Assembly (NCBI GenBank): GCA_050309605.1
Contig: JBNRMN010000067.1
Location: forward strand, 128,001-192,000
Direction: 5' to 3'
DNA: 64,000 nucleotides
DNA from: Anaerohalosphaeraceae bacterium
GTDB lineage: Bacteria; Planctomycetota; Phycisphaerae; Sedimentisphaerales; Anaerohalosphaeraceae
Positions 1 through 9,681 of this stretch are shown in pieces (positions within the stretch are counted from its first letter, which is position 1; each line of letters begins with the position of its first letter). The notes beneath the pieces were generated by a model, which saw only the letters and a program-made list of their open reading frames with translations, was not told the DNA's origin and searched no databases. Position numbers and translations under genes: made by a program.

Positions 1-807
1 GGCATTATCGGGTGCGGCAATATGGCCGAAGCCATCATTAAAGGGCTTATCAGCTCCGGGCTGTACAAGCCCGATCGTATTATGGCCTCGGACGTTCGCG
101 ACGAGCGGCTTCGTTATATCGCCGAGGAGTATCATATCAAAACGACCGCCCGCAATGAAGAGCTTGTCGCGCATGCGAAGGTACTGCTGATCTGTGTCAA
201 GCCGCAAAATGTCAAAGCGATGCTCCAGGGCATCCGGGGCAAAACGCAGGACAATTCCATCATCATTTCGATTGCCGCAGGCATTACCACCGATTATCTG
301 TCGCAGTCGCTGAGCAATTGTCAAATTATCCGGGCGATGCCCAACACGCCGGCGATGGTCGATGAGGGAGCCACGGCCATCTATTCGGCCAATGGCTCCG
401 ACGCCGCGGTCGAGCTTGCCCTCCAGTTGTTCTCGGCGGTGGGGCGCGCCGTCGTGGTCAATCAGGAGCACCTCATCGATGCGGTAACCGCGATCAGCGG
501 CTCAGGGCCGGCCTACTTTTATGTGCTGATGGAAGAGATGGTCAAGGCCGCCGTTGAGATGGGCATTCCGGTTGACAGTGCCGAGGAGTTGGTCTATCAG
601 ACTGCCAAAGGGGCCGGCGTGCTGGCCAAGCAGGCCTATGCCCGCGGCGAAAGCCCCGCCGAGCTGCGCCGCAAGGTCACCTCACCCGGCGGCACGACCG
701 AAGCGGCGATTGACGCCTTTAACAAACTCGGCCTGGGCAAGGTGCTGTTTGCCGGATTCGAGCGCGCCCGTCAGCGCAGCATCGAACTGTCGCAGGAAGC
801 CCAATAA
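1..807 (+). CDS. proC: pyrroline-5-carboxylate reductase (5'-truncated by window edge)
   Basis: Frame is open from base 1 (GIIGCGNMAEAI, Rossmann motif); RAMPNTP, SGSGPAY and VTSPGGTT motifs. Confidence 0.95.
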   Translation, partial: GIIGCGNMAEAIIKGLISSGLYKPDRIMASDVRDERLRYIAEEYHIKTTARNEELVAHAKVLLICVKPQNVKAMLQGIRGKTQDNSIIISIAAGITTDYLSQSLSNCQIIRAMPNTPAMVDEGATAIYSANGSDAAVELALQLFSAVGRAVVVNQEHLIDAVTAISGSGPAYFYVLMEEMVKAAVEMGIPVDSAEELVYQTAKGAGVLAKQAYARGESPAELRRKVTSPGGTTEAAIDAFNKLGLGKVLFAGFERARQRSIELSQEAQ

Positions 808-831
808 CGCTGCACGGAACGGCAGCGGCGG

Positions 832-2460
832 TCAGTCCATAAACGGATAACGATAATCGGTCGGCGGCGTGAATGCCTCTTTGATCGTCCGCACCGAGAC
901 CCACCGCAGCAGGTTCAGCATTGACCCGGCCTTGTCGTTGGTACCCGACCCCCGTCCTCCGCCGAACGGCTGCTGACCGACGACGGCGCCGGTGGGTTTA
1001 TCGTTGATATAGAAGTTGCCCGCCGAATGACGCAGAACCTCAAGCGCCTGGGCAATGGCATAGCGGTCGCGGGCAAAGACGCACCCGGTCAGCCCGTAGG
1101 GACTGGTCCGGTCGCACAGCCCCAGCGCCGCATCGTAGTCGGCGTCGTCATAAATATACGCCGTCAATACCGGCGCGAATAGTTCCTGCTCCATCGTCTC
1201 ATAGTGCGGGTCGTCCGTTTCGATGAGCGTCGGTTCGATGAAGTAGCCCGTCCGGTCGTCGCATCCGCTGCCGACCAAAATGCGAGCCGACGAGCTGGCC
1301 GCGGCGCGCTCAATATACCCTTGGGTATTGGTGAAGGACGCTTTGTCAATTACCGCATTCATAAAATTGCCGAACGCCTGCGGCGGACCGACCTGAATGG
1401 ATTGAATCTGCTCAATCAGCGGTGCTTTGATGGTTTTCCACAAACTTTTGGCGATGTACATCCGCGACAGAGCCGAGCATTTCTGCCCCTGATATTCATA
1501 CGCGCCGCGAATGATCGCTGCAATGGTCGCCTCCGGGTCAGCCGAGGCGTGCGCGACCATAAAATCTTTGCCGCCGGTTTCGCCGACGATCCGCGGATAG
1601 GATTTATAGTCGGCGATGCGGCCGCCGATCGTCTTCCACATCGACTGAAAAACCTCCGTACTGCCGGTAAAGTGCAGCCCGGCAAACAGCGGCGAGGCTA
1701 ACGCCGGATCGCCCACATCCGCGCCGGAGCCGGGCACAAAGTTAATTACGCCGTCCGGCAGCCCCGCCTCCTGAAGGATTTTCATCACCCAATAGGCCGG
1801 ATACACCGCCGTCGATGCCGGTTTCCACAAGACCGTATTGCCAAGCATTGCCGGTGCCGTGCAGAGATTGCCGCCAATAGAGACAAAGTTAAACGGTGTG
1901 ACCGCAAACACAAACCCCTCCAGCGGGCGGTATTCCACGCCGTTCAGCGTCCCGGCGGGCGAGTAGAGCGGCTGATCCTTATACAGTTCCTGGATATACC
2001 AGGCATTGAATCGCCAAAAATCAATCAGTTCACATGCGCTGTCGATCTCGGCCTGATACACGTTCTTGCTGAGATTGAGCATCGCGGCGGCATTAGCCCA
2101 ATAGCGATATGTGCTGCTAAGCAGCTCGGCGGCCTTGAAAAAAATCGACGCTCGCTGCGGGAAACTGAGGTTTTCCCAGTCTTTTTTTGCCTTCTGCGAG
2201 GCCTCAATCGCCAGATGGACCTCCTTTGGACCGGCCTTGTGAAAATGACCCAGCGAGCGGCTGTGGGCGTGAGGCTGGATGCAGGGCTGAGTCTTGCCCG
2301 TGCGAATTTCCCGCCCGCCGATGATCAATGGAATATCCAGGGGTTCACCTTCCAGTTGCCGGATTGCTTCTTGCAGTAAACGGCGAGGTGTCGTGTCCGG
2401 CGCGTAGGAAAAAACGGGTTCGTTGACGGGCTTGGGAATATTGCTGACGGTATTGTACAT
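832..2460 (-). CDS. pruA: L-glutamate gamma-semialdehyde (P5C) dehydrogenase
   Basis: ALDH motifs PFNF, FTGS, ETGGKDF, YQGQKCSA, and NDKPTGAVVGQQPFGG typical of P5CDH. Confidence 0.93.
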   Translation of the reverse strand: MYNTVSNIPKPVNEPVFSYAPDTTPRRLLQEAIRQLEGEPLDIPLIIGGREIRTGKTQPCIQPHAHSRSLGHFHKAGPKEVHLAIEASQKAKKDWENLSFPQRASIFFKAAELLSSTYRYWANAAAMLNLSKNVYQAEIDSACELIDFWRFNAWYIQELYKDQPLYSPAGTLNGVEYRPLEGFVFAVTPFNFVSIGGNLCTAPAMLGNTVLWKPASTAVYPAYWVMKILQEAGLPDGVINFVPGSGADVGDPALASPLFAGLHFTGSTEVFQSMWKTIGGRIADYKSYPRIVGETGGKDFMVAHASADPEATIAAIIRGAYEYQGQKCSALSRMYIAKSLWKTIKAPLIEQIQSIQVGPPQAFGNFMNAVIDKASFTNTQGYIERAAASSSARILVGSGCDDRTGYFIEPTLIETDDPHYETMEQELFAPVLTAYIYDDADYDAALGLCDRTSPYGLTGCVFARDRYAIAQALEVLRHSAGNFYINDKPTGAVVGQQPFGGGRGSGTNDKAGSMLNLLRWVSVRTIKEAFTPPTDYRYPFMD

Positions 2461-2703
2461 TCGATTTCTCCTGTTCGGTTCCGTGATCGCTGCTGTCGCG
2501 AACGTGAGGGACTATCCCTCCCTGCAATAGTGATAACCGATTATCTGTTTGCGATTATTGTACACGCATGTGCCTCAAAAACAAGACAGAGACTCGAAAA
2601 CTTTGTTCCCAAGCGGTCTGTTTTCAATTACAATACCGGCGAGTGCCGGGACGATGCCGTGAACAAGACGGTTCAGTACGATTGAATATGTTACGGAGGT
2701 TTT

Positions 2704-5070
2704 ATGATGAGGTTATGTGTGCAGAAGATCACTGTTCGCCTGTGGATAGCAACAATCGGGTTTGTGTTGTGGGGAGTCGGCGCTTATGCCGAACGTCAGC
2801 AGACCCTGTCGCTGTGGTATCAGCAGCCGGCTCGACGCTGGACCGAAGCACTGCCGGTCGGCAATGGTCGGCTCGGAGCGATGGTGTTCGGGGGGGTCCA
2901 AAACGAGCGTATTCAATTGAACATCGATTCGCTGTGGGCCGGTCCCCCTGTCCCGCAGCCGCCGCAGGGCGCCTATGAGGCACTCGTCGAGGCGCGCAAG
3001 CTGTTCTTTGAGGATCAATACGCCCAGGCCGAACGTATCATCGCCCGTCGTTTTTTAGGGCCGCGGATTTCGCCGCGCAGTCATCAGACCCTCGGCGACC
3101 TGCGGCTGGAAATGCGATTACCCGACACCGACATCAACACCTATCGGCGGGAACTGAATCTGGATACCGCTGTGGCAACGACGACGTTTGAAGTGGACGG
3201 CGTTACCTATAAACGCGAAGTATTTGCGTCTGCGCCGGATGAGGTTCTGGTGATTTCGCTGACGGCGTCCGAACCGGCGGCACTGAACTTGACGGTGCGT
3301 CTGGACAGACCGGCCGATTATGAAACCGTCGCCGTCGGCGACAGTATGCTGATGATCAGCGGCCAAGCCTCTCATAATGGAAGCCATAAAGGCGTGCGTT
3401 ATCATGCGACGCTGTATGCCGATGTGTCCGGCGGACGAAGCACGACCGAAGGCAATGCGCTGGCGATTCACGATGCCGATGCGGTGCGTCTGCTGCTGAC
3501 CGCGGCGACCGACTACAATCAAGACGATCCTTACGATCCGTTGACCGATGACCTCCGCGCCCGATGCGGCGGACGGTTGCTCGAGGCCCTGGCCCAATCG
3601 CACGAGACCCTTAAAACCGCCCATATCGACGACCATCGGCGGTTATTCCGGCGGGTTGAACTGGATTTGGGCGGTTCAGAAGCGGCCCGCATACCGACCG
3701 ACAAGCGGCTGGAGGCCGTCAGCGGCGGCGCACACGATCCGGCCCTGGTAATGCTCTATTTTCAATTCGGACGCTATTTGCTGATAGGCTCCTCGCGTCC
3801 GGGGACGTTGCCGGCCAATCTCCAGGGGCTGTGGAATGAACACATCGAAGCGCCGTGGAATGCCGACTATCACATCAACATCAATATGCAGATGAACTAC
3901 TGGCCGGCGGAAGTGACCAACTTGTCCGAATGCCACGACCCGTTTTTTGATTTGGTCGAAGCCCTCATTCCCTCAGGACAGAAAACCGCCCAGGAAGTCT
4001 ATCGCTGTCGCGGGTTTGTCGCTCACCACACCACCGACGCCTGGCTCTGGACCACACCCATCGGGGCGCCGTGGTGGGGTATGTGGCCGTTCGGCGGGGC
4101 GTGGTGTACGCAGCATTTTATGGAACGTTACCGATTTACACGGGATAAAGCGTTTTTGCGCGACCGCGCCTGGCCGGTGCTTAAAGAGGCGTCGCTGTTT
4201 TTCCTTGATTATCTGGTTGAGGATCCGCGCACCGGCAAACTGGTCGGCGGCCCGTCAAACTCCCCGGAAAATACATTTATCGGCCCGGACGGCCAGGCGG
4301 CCAGTCTGGACATGGGCGCGGCGATGAGCCAGCAGATTGTCTGGGACGTATTTACCAATGCGCTGGAGGCTGCCGAGATCCTCGGCATTGACGATACGCT
4401 GGTCGCTGAGATTCGTGCTGCTCGGACCAACCTGGCGATGCCGCAAATCGCCCCCGACGGTCGCCTGCTCGAATGGTCGCGCCCCTTCGAGGAGCGCGAG
4501 CCGGGGCATCGGCATATGTCCCATGTCTATGCCCTGCATCCGGGGCGGCAATTCACAGTCGAGCAAACGCCCGATCTGATCGACGCGATCCGCAAGAGTA
4601 TTGATCATCGGCTGGCACACGGCGGCGGACATACCGGCTGGAGTCGGGCCTGGATCATCAACATCTGGGCGCGCCTCCGCGAAGCGCAAAAAGCCTATGA
4701 CAATCTGCACGCGCTGCTGGCGCACTCGACGCTGCCGAATCTGTTTGATACGCACCCGCCGTTTCAGATTGACGGCAATTTCGGCGGAACCGCCGCGGTT
4801 GCCGAGATGCTGCTGCAAAGCCATGCCGGGTATGTGCATCTGCTGCCGGCGCTGCCCACGACCTGGGCCGACGGCTTGGTCAAAGGCCTGTGCGCCCGCG
4901 GGGGATTTGTGGTGGATATGCAGTGGAAGGACGGTCGGCTGACCGAAGTGCGACTGTTTTCTCGACAGGGCGGATCCTGTATTGTCCGTTACGGCGATCA
5001 AATCGCTGAAATCCATACGACTCCGGGACAAACAGTCGTACTGGACCGCCATTTGGCGATTCAGCGGTAA
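2704..5070 (+). CDS. glycoside hydrolase family 95 (alpha-L-fucosidase-like), secreted
   Basis: Signal peptide; [39 protein letters not shown] and [10 protein letters not shown] motifs. Confidence 0.93.
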   Translation: MMRLCVQKITVRLWIATIGFVLWGVGAYAERQQTLSLWYQQPARRWTEALPVGNGRLGAMVFGGVQNERIQLNIDSLWAGPPVPQPPQGAYEALVEARKLFFEDQYAQAERIIARRFLGPRISPRSHQTLGDLRLEMRLPDTDINTYRRELNLDTAVATTTFEVDGVTYKREVFASAPDEVLVISLTASEPAALNLTVRLDRPADYETVAVGDSMLMISGQASHNGSHKGVRYHATLYADVSGGRSTTEGNALAIHDADAVRLLLTAATDYNQDDPYDPLTDDLRARCGGRLLEALAQSHETLKTAHIDDHRRLFRRVELDLGGSEAARIPTDKRLEAVSGGAHDPALVMLYFQFGRYLLIGSSRPGTLPANLQGLWNEHIEAPWNADYHININMQMNYWPAEVTNLSECHDPFFDLVEALIPSGQKTAQEVYRCRGFVAHHTTDAWLWTTPIGAPWWGMWPFGGAWCTQHFMERYRFTRDKAFLRDRAWPVLKEASLFFLDYLVEDPRTGKLVGGPSNSPENTFIGPDGQAASLDMGAAMSQQIVWDVFTNALEAAEILGIDDTLVAEIRAARTNLAMPQIAPDGRLLEWSRPFEEREPGHRHMSHVYALHPGRQFTVEQTPDLIDAIRKSIDHRLAHGGGHTGWSRAWIINIWARLREAQKAYDNLHALLAHSTLPNLFDTHPPFQIDGNFGGTAAVAEMLLQSHAGYVHLLPALPTTWADGLVKGLCARGGFVVDMQWKDGRLTEVRLFSRQGGSCIVRYGDQIAEIHTTPGQTVVLDRHLAIQR

Positions 5071-5155
5071 GGGATCACACAACGGCTTTTCATCGCGCTA
5101 ATGTATGCAAATTGGCGCGATTTTTTTAAAATTATTATCAAACTTCGCGTTTTCG

Positions 5156-5173
5156 GCGGCGTCATCATCTATG
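5156..5173 (+). promoter_or_regulatory. copy 1 of GCGGCGTCnnCATCnATG motif (putative ECF promoter element)
   Basis: GCGGCGTCATCATCTATG upstream of the ECF sigma gene; near-identical copies at 11077-11094 (-) and 11221-11238 (+). Confidence 0.6.
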
Positions 5174-5264
5174 GAAACTTGCATACAGTCGGAAAAAATC
5201 CGGATTTTTTGGCTCTTTGATAATGAAATAAACACAGACAATGCTATTCTGTCATCGGATCGGA

Positions 5265-5293
5265 TTGATTATTTCTCTTAAAAAGCGTAGAAT
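5265..5293 (+). promoter_or_regulatory. sigma70-type promoter
   Basis: TTGATT-17 nt-TAGAAT, 30 nt before the GTG at 5324. Confidence 0.55.
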
Positions 5294-5323
5294 GAGAGAA
5301 AAACGACCTGCCGGCGGTGCATC

Positions 5324-5863
5324 GTGGAGAGTGAACAAACAAGAACGCCTCAGAATATGTCCGATAATGTAGATAAGGCTGCGCGTTTGTTTGCAGAACA
5401 GGAAACGTTTATCCGAGGAACCATCGGCTATTTTGTCAGCGACCGACAGGAACGGGAAGACATTTACCAGGAGTTGTTTGTTTATTTTGTCCGAAAACCG
5501 ATTCCTGAGGACATCTGCCGTCTCAGAACATGGCTGTATCGAGTCATTTTAGACCGCATCCGTGATCGAAAGCGTTCTCAGGCCCGTTACCAGCAGCATC
5601 TTCAGGCGTATGCCCAACAGCAGCTCAAAACGGAAATGCCGCCGCAGCGGGCTGTCGATCCCGACCAGATAGACGCATTGTTTGCTTTGATTCAGGAGCA
5701 TTTATCCCCCCATGAAGCGCGGGCAATTCGCTATAAATTTGTCCACCACTTGACTGTTCAACAGATCGCCCGCTCTATGAAGGTTAAATCCACCACCGTG
5801 TCGAATTATTTGGCGGTCGGGCTGAACAAGCTCCGAGCCTTACTGGACAAGGATGACACATAG
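5324..5863 (+). CDS. ECF RNA polymerase sigma factor
   Basis: Region 2 (EDIYQELFV..RTWLYRVILDRIRDRKR) and region 4 HTH (LTVQQIARSMKVKSTTV). Start could be ATG 5357. Confidence 0.88.
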   Translation: MESEQTRTPQNMSDNVDKAARLFAEQETFIRGTIGYFVSDRQEREDIYQELFVYFVRKPIPEDICRLRTWLYRVILDRIRDRKRSQARYQQHLQAYAQQQLKTEMPPQRAVDPDQIDALFALIQEHLSPHEARAIRYKFVHHLTVQQIARSMKVKSTTVSNYLAVGLNKLRALLDKDDT

Positions 5864-5880
5864 TCTGAAGGAGACACATT

Positions 5881-7134
5881 ATGGAATGCAAACAGGTTTG
5901 TGAATATTATTACAGTTATCTTGAAAAAGCGTATGAGTCCATCCCGCCGGCGCAGTTGAGCCATCTTCAGTCCTGCACGGCCTGTCAGCATGAAGTGGAA
6001 CGGCTGGCTCAGTCTCTTGCGGCCTCGGCCGAAGTGCAGAATCCGGCCTCGTGTCACTATCTGGCGCTGCATTACCGCATGTTGGGGCAATGGGTCGATT
6101 GTGCCGCGGCCAAGCCTTTTTTGCCCTGTCTGGCGATGGCGTCGCTGCCGCTGCACGCCCACACGCCGATCACGGCACATCGGGACGCCTGTTCGGCGTG
6201 CCGAGCCGACCAGGAGGCCATTGCGTCTTTGCATCTGTCCGATGAGCAATTGATGGATGCGTCGCGTTTTCTGGCCGGGCGCGGCGAGCTTGCCGAGGGC
6301 ATTTGCGAACAGGCACGGACCGTGCTGACGGCGATTCGCCGGCGGTCTTTGTCCGTCGTATTGACGCGCGCGTCGTTTTCCGAACCGGATGAGTCGAATG
6401 CGTTGCAGGTCGAGATCGCCGATGTTTCCTCGAAGCGGGCAAACGTTGCCTCTCGGCGCATGCCTCGACTGGTCGCCGCGACCGCGATGGCGGCGATGCT
6501 GATGGTGGCGGTGTTATTGTTTGTCCGATTGCCCTCGGTTGAAGCGCTGGATTTGCAGCGGTTCTATAACGCACTGGCGGATGCACAGACCATTTTGATT
6601 CGGACGGCTGTCCCCGAAGAAGACGCCCCCGTGCAGCGGATTTGGATTTCCCAGGCGCACGGACTGCGGCTTTTTGAGTCGCCGGAAAAAACGGTTTTGT
6701 ATGACGTTAATACCCAACGTCTGCTCCGGCGGGACAGCGCCCATTCCGGCGCGCAGGCAATACACGTTGCCGTCGCGGGCGCACCGGACTATCTGCAGCT
6801 TCCCTGGGGGCTGCTGCCGTTCAAAGACATTACCCAGTTGTCCGAGCATTGTCAGTGGACGCGACTGGATGACTTGTCCGATGAGCGGACCGTCGTTTAT
6901 GAGCTGTTCTGGGCCGAGACGATGTCCGCCGGTCGTGCCATTGAGAAAAAGTGGGTTGGATTTCTGGACAGAGCGACACATCTTCCCCACGCCATTCACC
7001 GATATGAGCGTCTTGCCGGTCAGTCGTCCTGGCGGCTGGTGATGACTACGGAAGTAGCCTATCCGGAGCCGTCGTCGGTGCTGGAGGCGGTGCGCAGCGC
7101 CCGCTTCGAGAGTTTCTACGGCGACCAGATGTAA
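5881..7134 (+). CDS. putative anti-sigma factor: two HxxxCxxC zinc motifs, one TM helix, extracytoplasmic domain
   Basis: HLQSCTAC and HRDACSAC; TM LVAATAMAAMLMVAVLLFV; directly downstream of the ECF sigma; GAAGGAG RBS. Confidence 0.75.
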   Translation: MECKQVCEYYYSYLEKAYESIPPAQLSHLQSCTACQHEVERLAQSLAASAEVQNPASCHYLALHYRMLGQWVDCAAAKPFLPCLAMASLPLHAHTPITAHRDACSACRADQEAIASLHLSDEQLMDASRFLAGRGELAEGICEQARTVLTAIRRRSLSVVLTRASFSEPDESNALQVEIADVSSKRANVASRRMPRLVAATAMAAMLMVAVLLFVRLPSVEALDLQRFYNALADAQTILIRTAVPEEDAPVQRIWISQAHGLRLFESPEKTVLYDVNTQRLLRRDSAHSGAQAIHVAVAGAPDYLQLPWGLLPFKDITQLSEHCQWTRLDDLSDERTVVYELFWAETMSAGRAIEKKWVGFLDRATHLPHAIHRYERLAGQSSWRLVMTTEVAYPEPSSVLEAVRSARFESFYGDQM

Positions 7135-7895
7135 AGCCGATTCGGTCCGCCGTCGTTGGGATCGCCCGCGGCCAGGAGCGACGCTTTCAGCGAGCGGGCG
7201 TACCCATCGGCAAACGCGACATTGATCGAATGTCCGGTGTGTCGGCCTCGAACGGCGTCGTGAAGCTGGGCCGGATCAATACGGCGGCGGCTGTTGTCGG
7301 CAAGACCGGGCAGATAGAACGCGCTGTCCCGTTTGGGATTTTCAAAGTCCGACCGTCCTGTCGGCAAGGCGGCCTTCCAGCTCATCAGTGCATAGCCTGA
7401 ATCGCACAGAAGTACCGTACGGGCCGGCTGTTTCAGTTGGCTTATTTTCAGCGGCGTCCCCTTGAATTCCGTTTCTTCGTCGGCGCTGCCGATTTTGTAA
7501 ATCGCATAATTGACGCCATAGTTGGCGCACAAAACATTGTCTGTCGGCGAGGTGGATGGACAGCTCAGCGAGGCGTCCTCGGTGGGATTGCGGCTGTCGC
7601 TGACCTGGTGAAACCACCACCACCCCTGCCAGTCCAATGCCGCATCCCCCACAAAACCGCCCGGCGGCGCTGAAGAAAAGCCCCCGATATGGCAAAACCC
7701 GAAAGGAAACCGGTCGTTGTTGTCTTGGGTAAATACCTGCGCGGCCATGGTATGTTGTCTGAGGTTGGACTGACAGACTACACGTTGCCCACGCTGTCTG
7801 CTGCTTATCAGCGCAGGCAACACAATTCCCAGCAATAAGGCAATCAGGGCAACGACCGTCACCAGTTCAATCAGCATAAAACCCCATCGGCGCAT
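7116..7895 (-). CDS. prepilin-type N-terminal cleavage/methylation protein with H-X9-DG motif (DUF1559-like)
   Basis: MRRWG|FMLIELVTVVALIALL, CQSNLRQ, RHTGHSINVAFADG; overlaps the convergent anti-sigma gene by 19 nt. Confidence 0.88.
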   Translation of the reverse strand: MRRWGFMLIELVTVVALIALLLGIVLPALISSRQRGQRVVCQSNLRQHTMAAQVFTQDNNDRFPFGFCHIGGFSSAPPGGFVGDAALDWQGWWWFHQVSDSRNPTEDASLSCPSTSPTDNVLCANYGVNYAIYKIGSADEETEFKGTPLKISQLKQPARTVLLCDSGYALMSWKAALPTGRSDFENPKRDSAFYLPGLADNSRRRIDPAQLHDAVRGRHTGHSINVAFADGYARSLKASLLAAGDPNDGGPNRLYIWSP

Positions 7896-7901
7896 ACATA
7901 C

Positions 7902-7930
7902 ATTATATGCGCTGAGGCCGTCCGATACAA
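7902..7930 (-). promoter_or_regulatory. sigma70 promoter positioned for a leaderless mRNA
   Basis: TTGTAT-17 nt-TATAAT-6 nt-ATG(7895) on the minus strand; no SD. Confidence 0.6.
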
Positions 7931-7931
7931 C

Positions 7932-7965
7932 CAAAAAAACAAAAACAGGACAAAGAATTTCCTGT
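7932..7965 (-). terminator. putative intrinsic terminator after the C39-domain gene
   Basis: AACAGGA...TCCTGTT stem followed by a T-rich tract on the minus strand. Confidence 0.5.
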
Positions 7966-7997
7966 TCTTGCCGTTGCCCCCGTGTACAACAGTCGCC

Positions 7998-9665
7998 TTA
8001 CATACACGCCCGAATATACCGGCTGTACCATCGACCGGTGATTTCACACCAGTTCGGGTAGTAGGGGTGGTTGATGCAATGGGTATAATCGTAGCCGATC
8101 ATCTTTTGTCCGGTGCAGGTCGTGCCGTAATAGTCTTCCCGACAGCCGTAGCGCAGCCAGAACCGATAGTACGCCCCGCCGCACAAACCGCCGATCGGTT
8201 CGGAACAAAGCCATTGTTCTTCGTTCTGGATCAATTCAGTGCAGGAATAGCCGATGTTGCCGCCGAGAATTTGCTGCTGACGGGCGTCATCAAGCAGTTC
8301 CACCTGTCCGCTGAGCACAATCGGCTGATCGGCCACCAGCAGCGCCACGCCGTCTTTCCAGTCCGCCAGCAATTCGCGTATCGGGCGTTTCCAGTAAAAT
8401 TTACGGTCGGTCAAGTCCACCGTCCAGACCGCATCTTTTTCGATGCGATCCAGCACCACGTAGTGCCGGGCGGTCGGGTAATGCAGAATGATCCCGTAGT
8501 TCTTGAATTCGGCCAGCGATTTGACATCCGTCTTGACGGCCGCACAATACAGCCCTGCGGCCTCCAGCGCTTGGCGGATGGCGTACAGACTGGTCATTTC
8601 AGGTTGTCCGGCCGCGGCCGGGGCGGGCGGATTTGGTGTTTCCGGCAGGCTCAGACTGATGTTCTTTGCGAAGCGTTTGGCAATATGCGCCACCGCCAGG
8701 ACCGCACAATTGGCCTGCTCCTTTTGAACCGATAACGTCATCACTTTTTGTTCGAGCATTCGAGTGATGTCCGCCGCTTCGGAAGCGTGGTACAGAAACG
8801 ACTTCATCTGCCCGTACGGCTGAAGCTCAACGACCGTGCCTTCGGCAAAGACCGGCTGATACGGTTCGGTCGGACGGTTCGCATCGACCGACAGAAACCG
8901 CCAGTCTTCATACGACACCAGCGTCGGGGTGTCGCCCTGCAAATGAAACCGTTCGACGACGATGATAAAGGGAATCCAGTTCTGTCCGATTTGTCGATAG
9001 TCTCGATAATGCTGTCGGATGGTTACCGCTTGGTTTTTCATGGTGTAGGAAAGAGGCAGGAAGGCTTTTTCCGGGTCGAGAACCATCGTCGTTTCAACAG
9101 GCGACCGGTCGGGGTTGTCGGTCAGCGTCAGCCGCATCAGCCGCCGTCCGTCTTCAACAAATGCCGCCGCCGAAGGATTCCTCTCGGCCAGTTTTTCGCG
9201 AGTGAACAGTCCCAGCCCCCACGGAATGACCCCTGCGGTAAACGGGCCGAACAGATTCATCGGCATTTCCTGTTGGTCCATCACCACGACGGCATAATCG
9301 GCGGATTTGTAATAGCGGGTGTAGGCGTTGCCGTCATACGCAAAAATCCGGTGTTTGTTACTTTGATGGTCCGGCCGCTCCACGTCCGGCGAGGCTGCAT
9401 CCGCCGGCGGATCCGCAAGGACAATCTCCCAATAAAACCGGTTTCCGTCAAACCGAAAAAGTTCCTGCGATTCATACGCCATTTCTTCGCCAATGCGATA
9501 TTCGAGATATTTGGCGCGGATCGTCCCAGCCTCAAGCCAGGTATGTTTCGGCGCAGCGGTCAACTCCTCAAGCAAGGCGTTGACCTGACTTTCATCAAGC
9601 GTTTGATCTGCCGCTGCCGCGGCGAGAACCGACCCCATTAATACAGCATAAACAAGCGTCTTCAT
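7998..9665 (-). CDS. secreted protein: unknown N-terminal domain, C39-type cysteine peptidase, double-glycine motif, 8-Cys C-terminal peptide
   Basis: Signal peptide MKTLVYAVLMGSVLAAAAA; QKEQANC (Cys320), IILHYPTARHYVVL (His401), VDL (Asp417); ELLDDARQQQILGG then an 86-aa tail; AGGAG RBS 7 nt upstream. Confidence 0.8.
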   Translation of the reverse strand: MKTLVYAVLMGSVLAAAAADQTLDESQVNALLEELTAAPKHTWLEAGTIRAKYLEYRIGEEMAYESQELFRFDGNRFYWEIVLADPPADAASPDVERPDHQSNKHRIFAYDGNAYTRYYKSADYAVVVMDQQEMPMNLFGPFTAGVIPWGLGLFTREKLAERNPSAAAFVEDGRRLMRLTLTDNPDRSPVETTMVLDPEKAFLPLSYTMKNQAVTIRQHYRDYRQIGQNWIPFIIVVERFHLQGDTPTLVSYEDWRFLSVDANRPTEPYQPVFAEGTVVELQPYGQMKSFLYHASEAADITRMLEQKVMTLSVQKEQANCAVLAVAHIAKRFAKNISLSLPETPNPPAPAAAGQPEMTSLYAIRQALEAAGLYCAAVKTDVKSLAEFKNYGIILHYPTARHYVVLDRIEKDAVWTVDLTDRKFYWKRPIRELLADWKDGVALLVADQPIVLSGQVELLDDARQQQILGGNIGYSCTELIQNEEQWLCSEPIGGLCGGAYYRFWLRYGCREDYYGTTCTGQKMIGYDYTHCINHPYYPNWCEITGRWYSRYIRACM

Positions 9666-9681
9666 TGTCATTCTCCTGTTT

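Noticed and set aside
1..2460. Convergent proC and P5C dehydrogenase as a special regulatory arrangement
   Set aside because: Both act on P5C, but nothing in the sequence indicates more than ordinary clustering.
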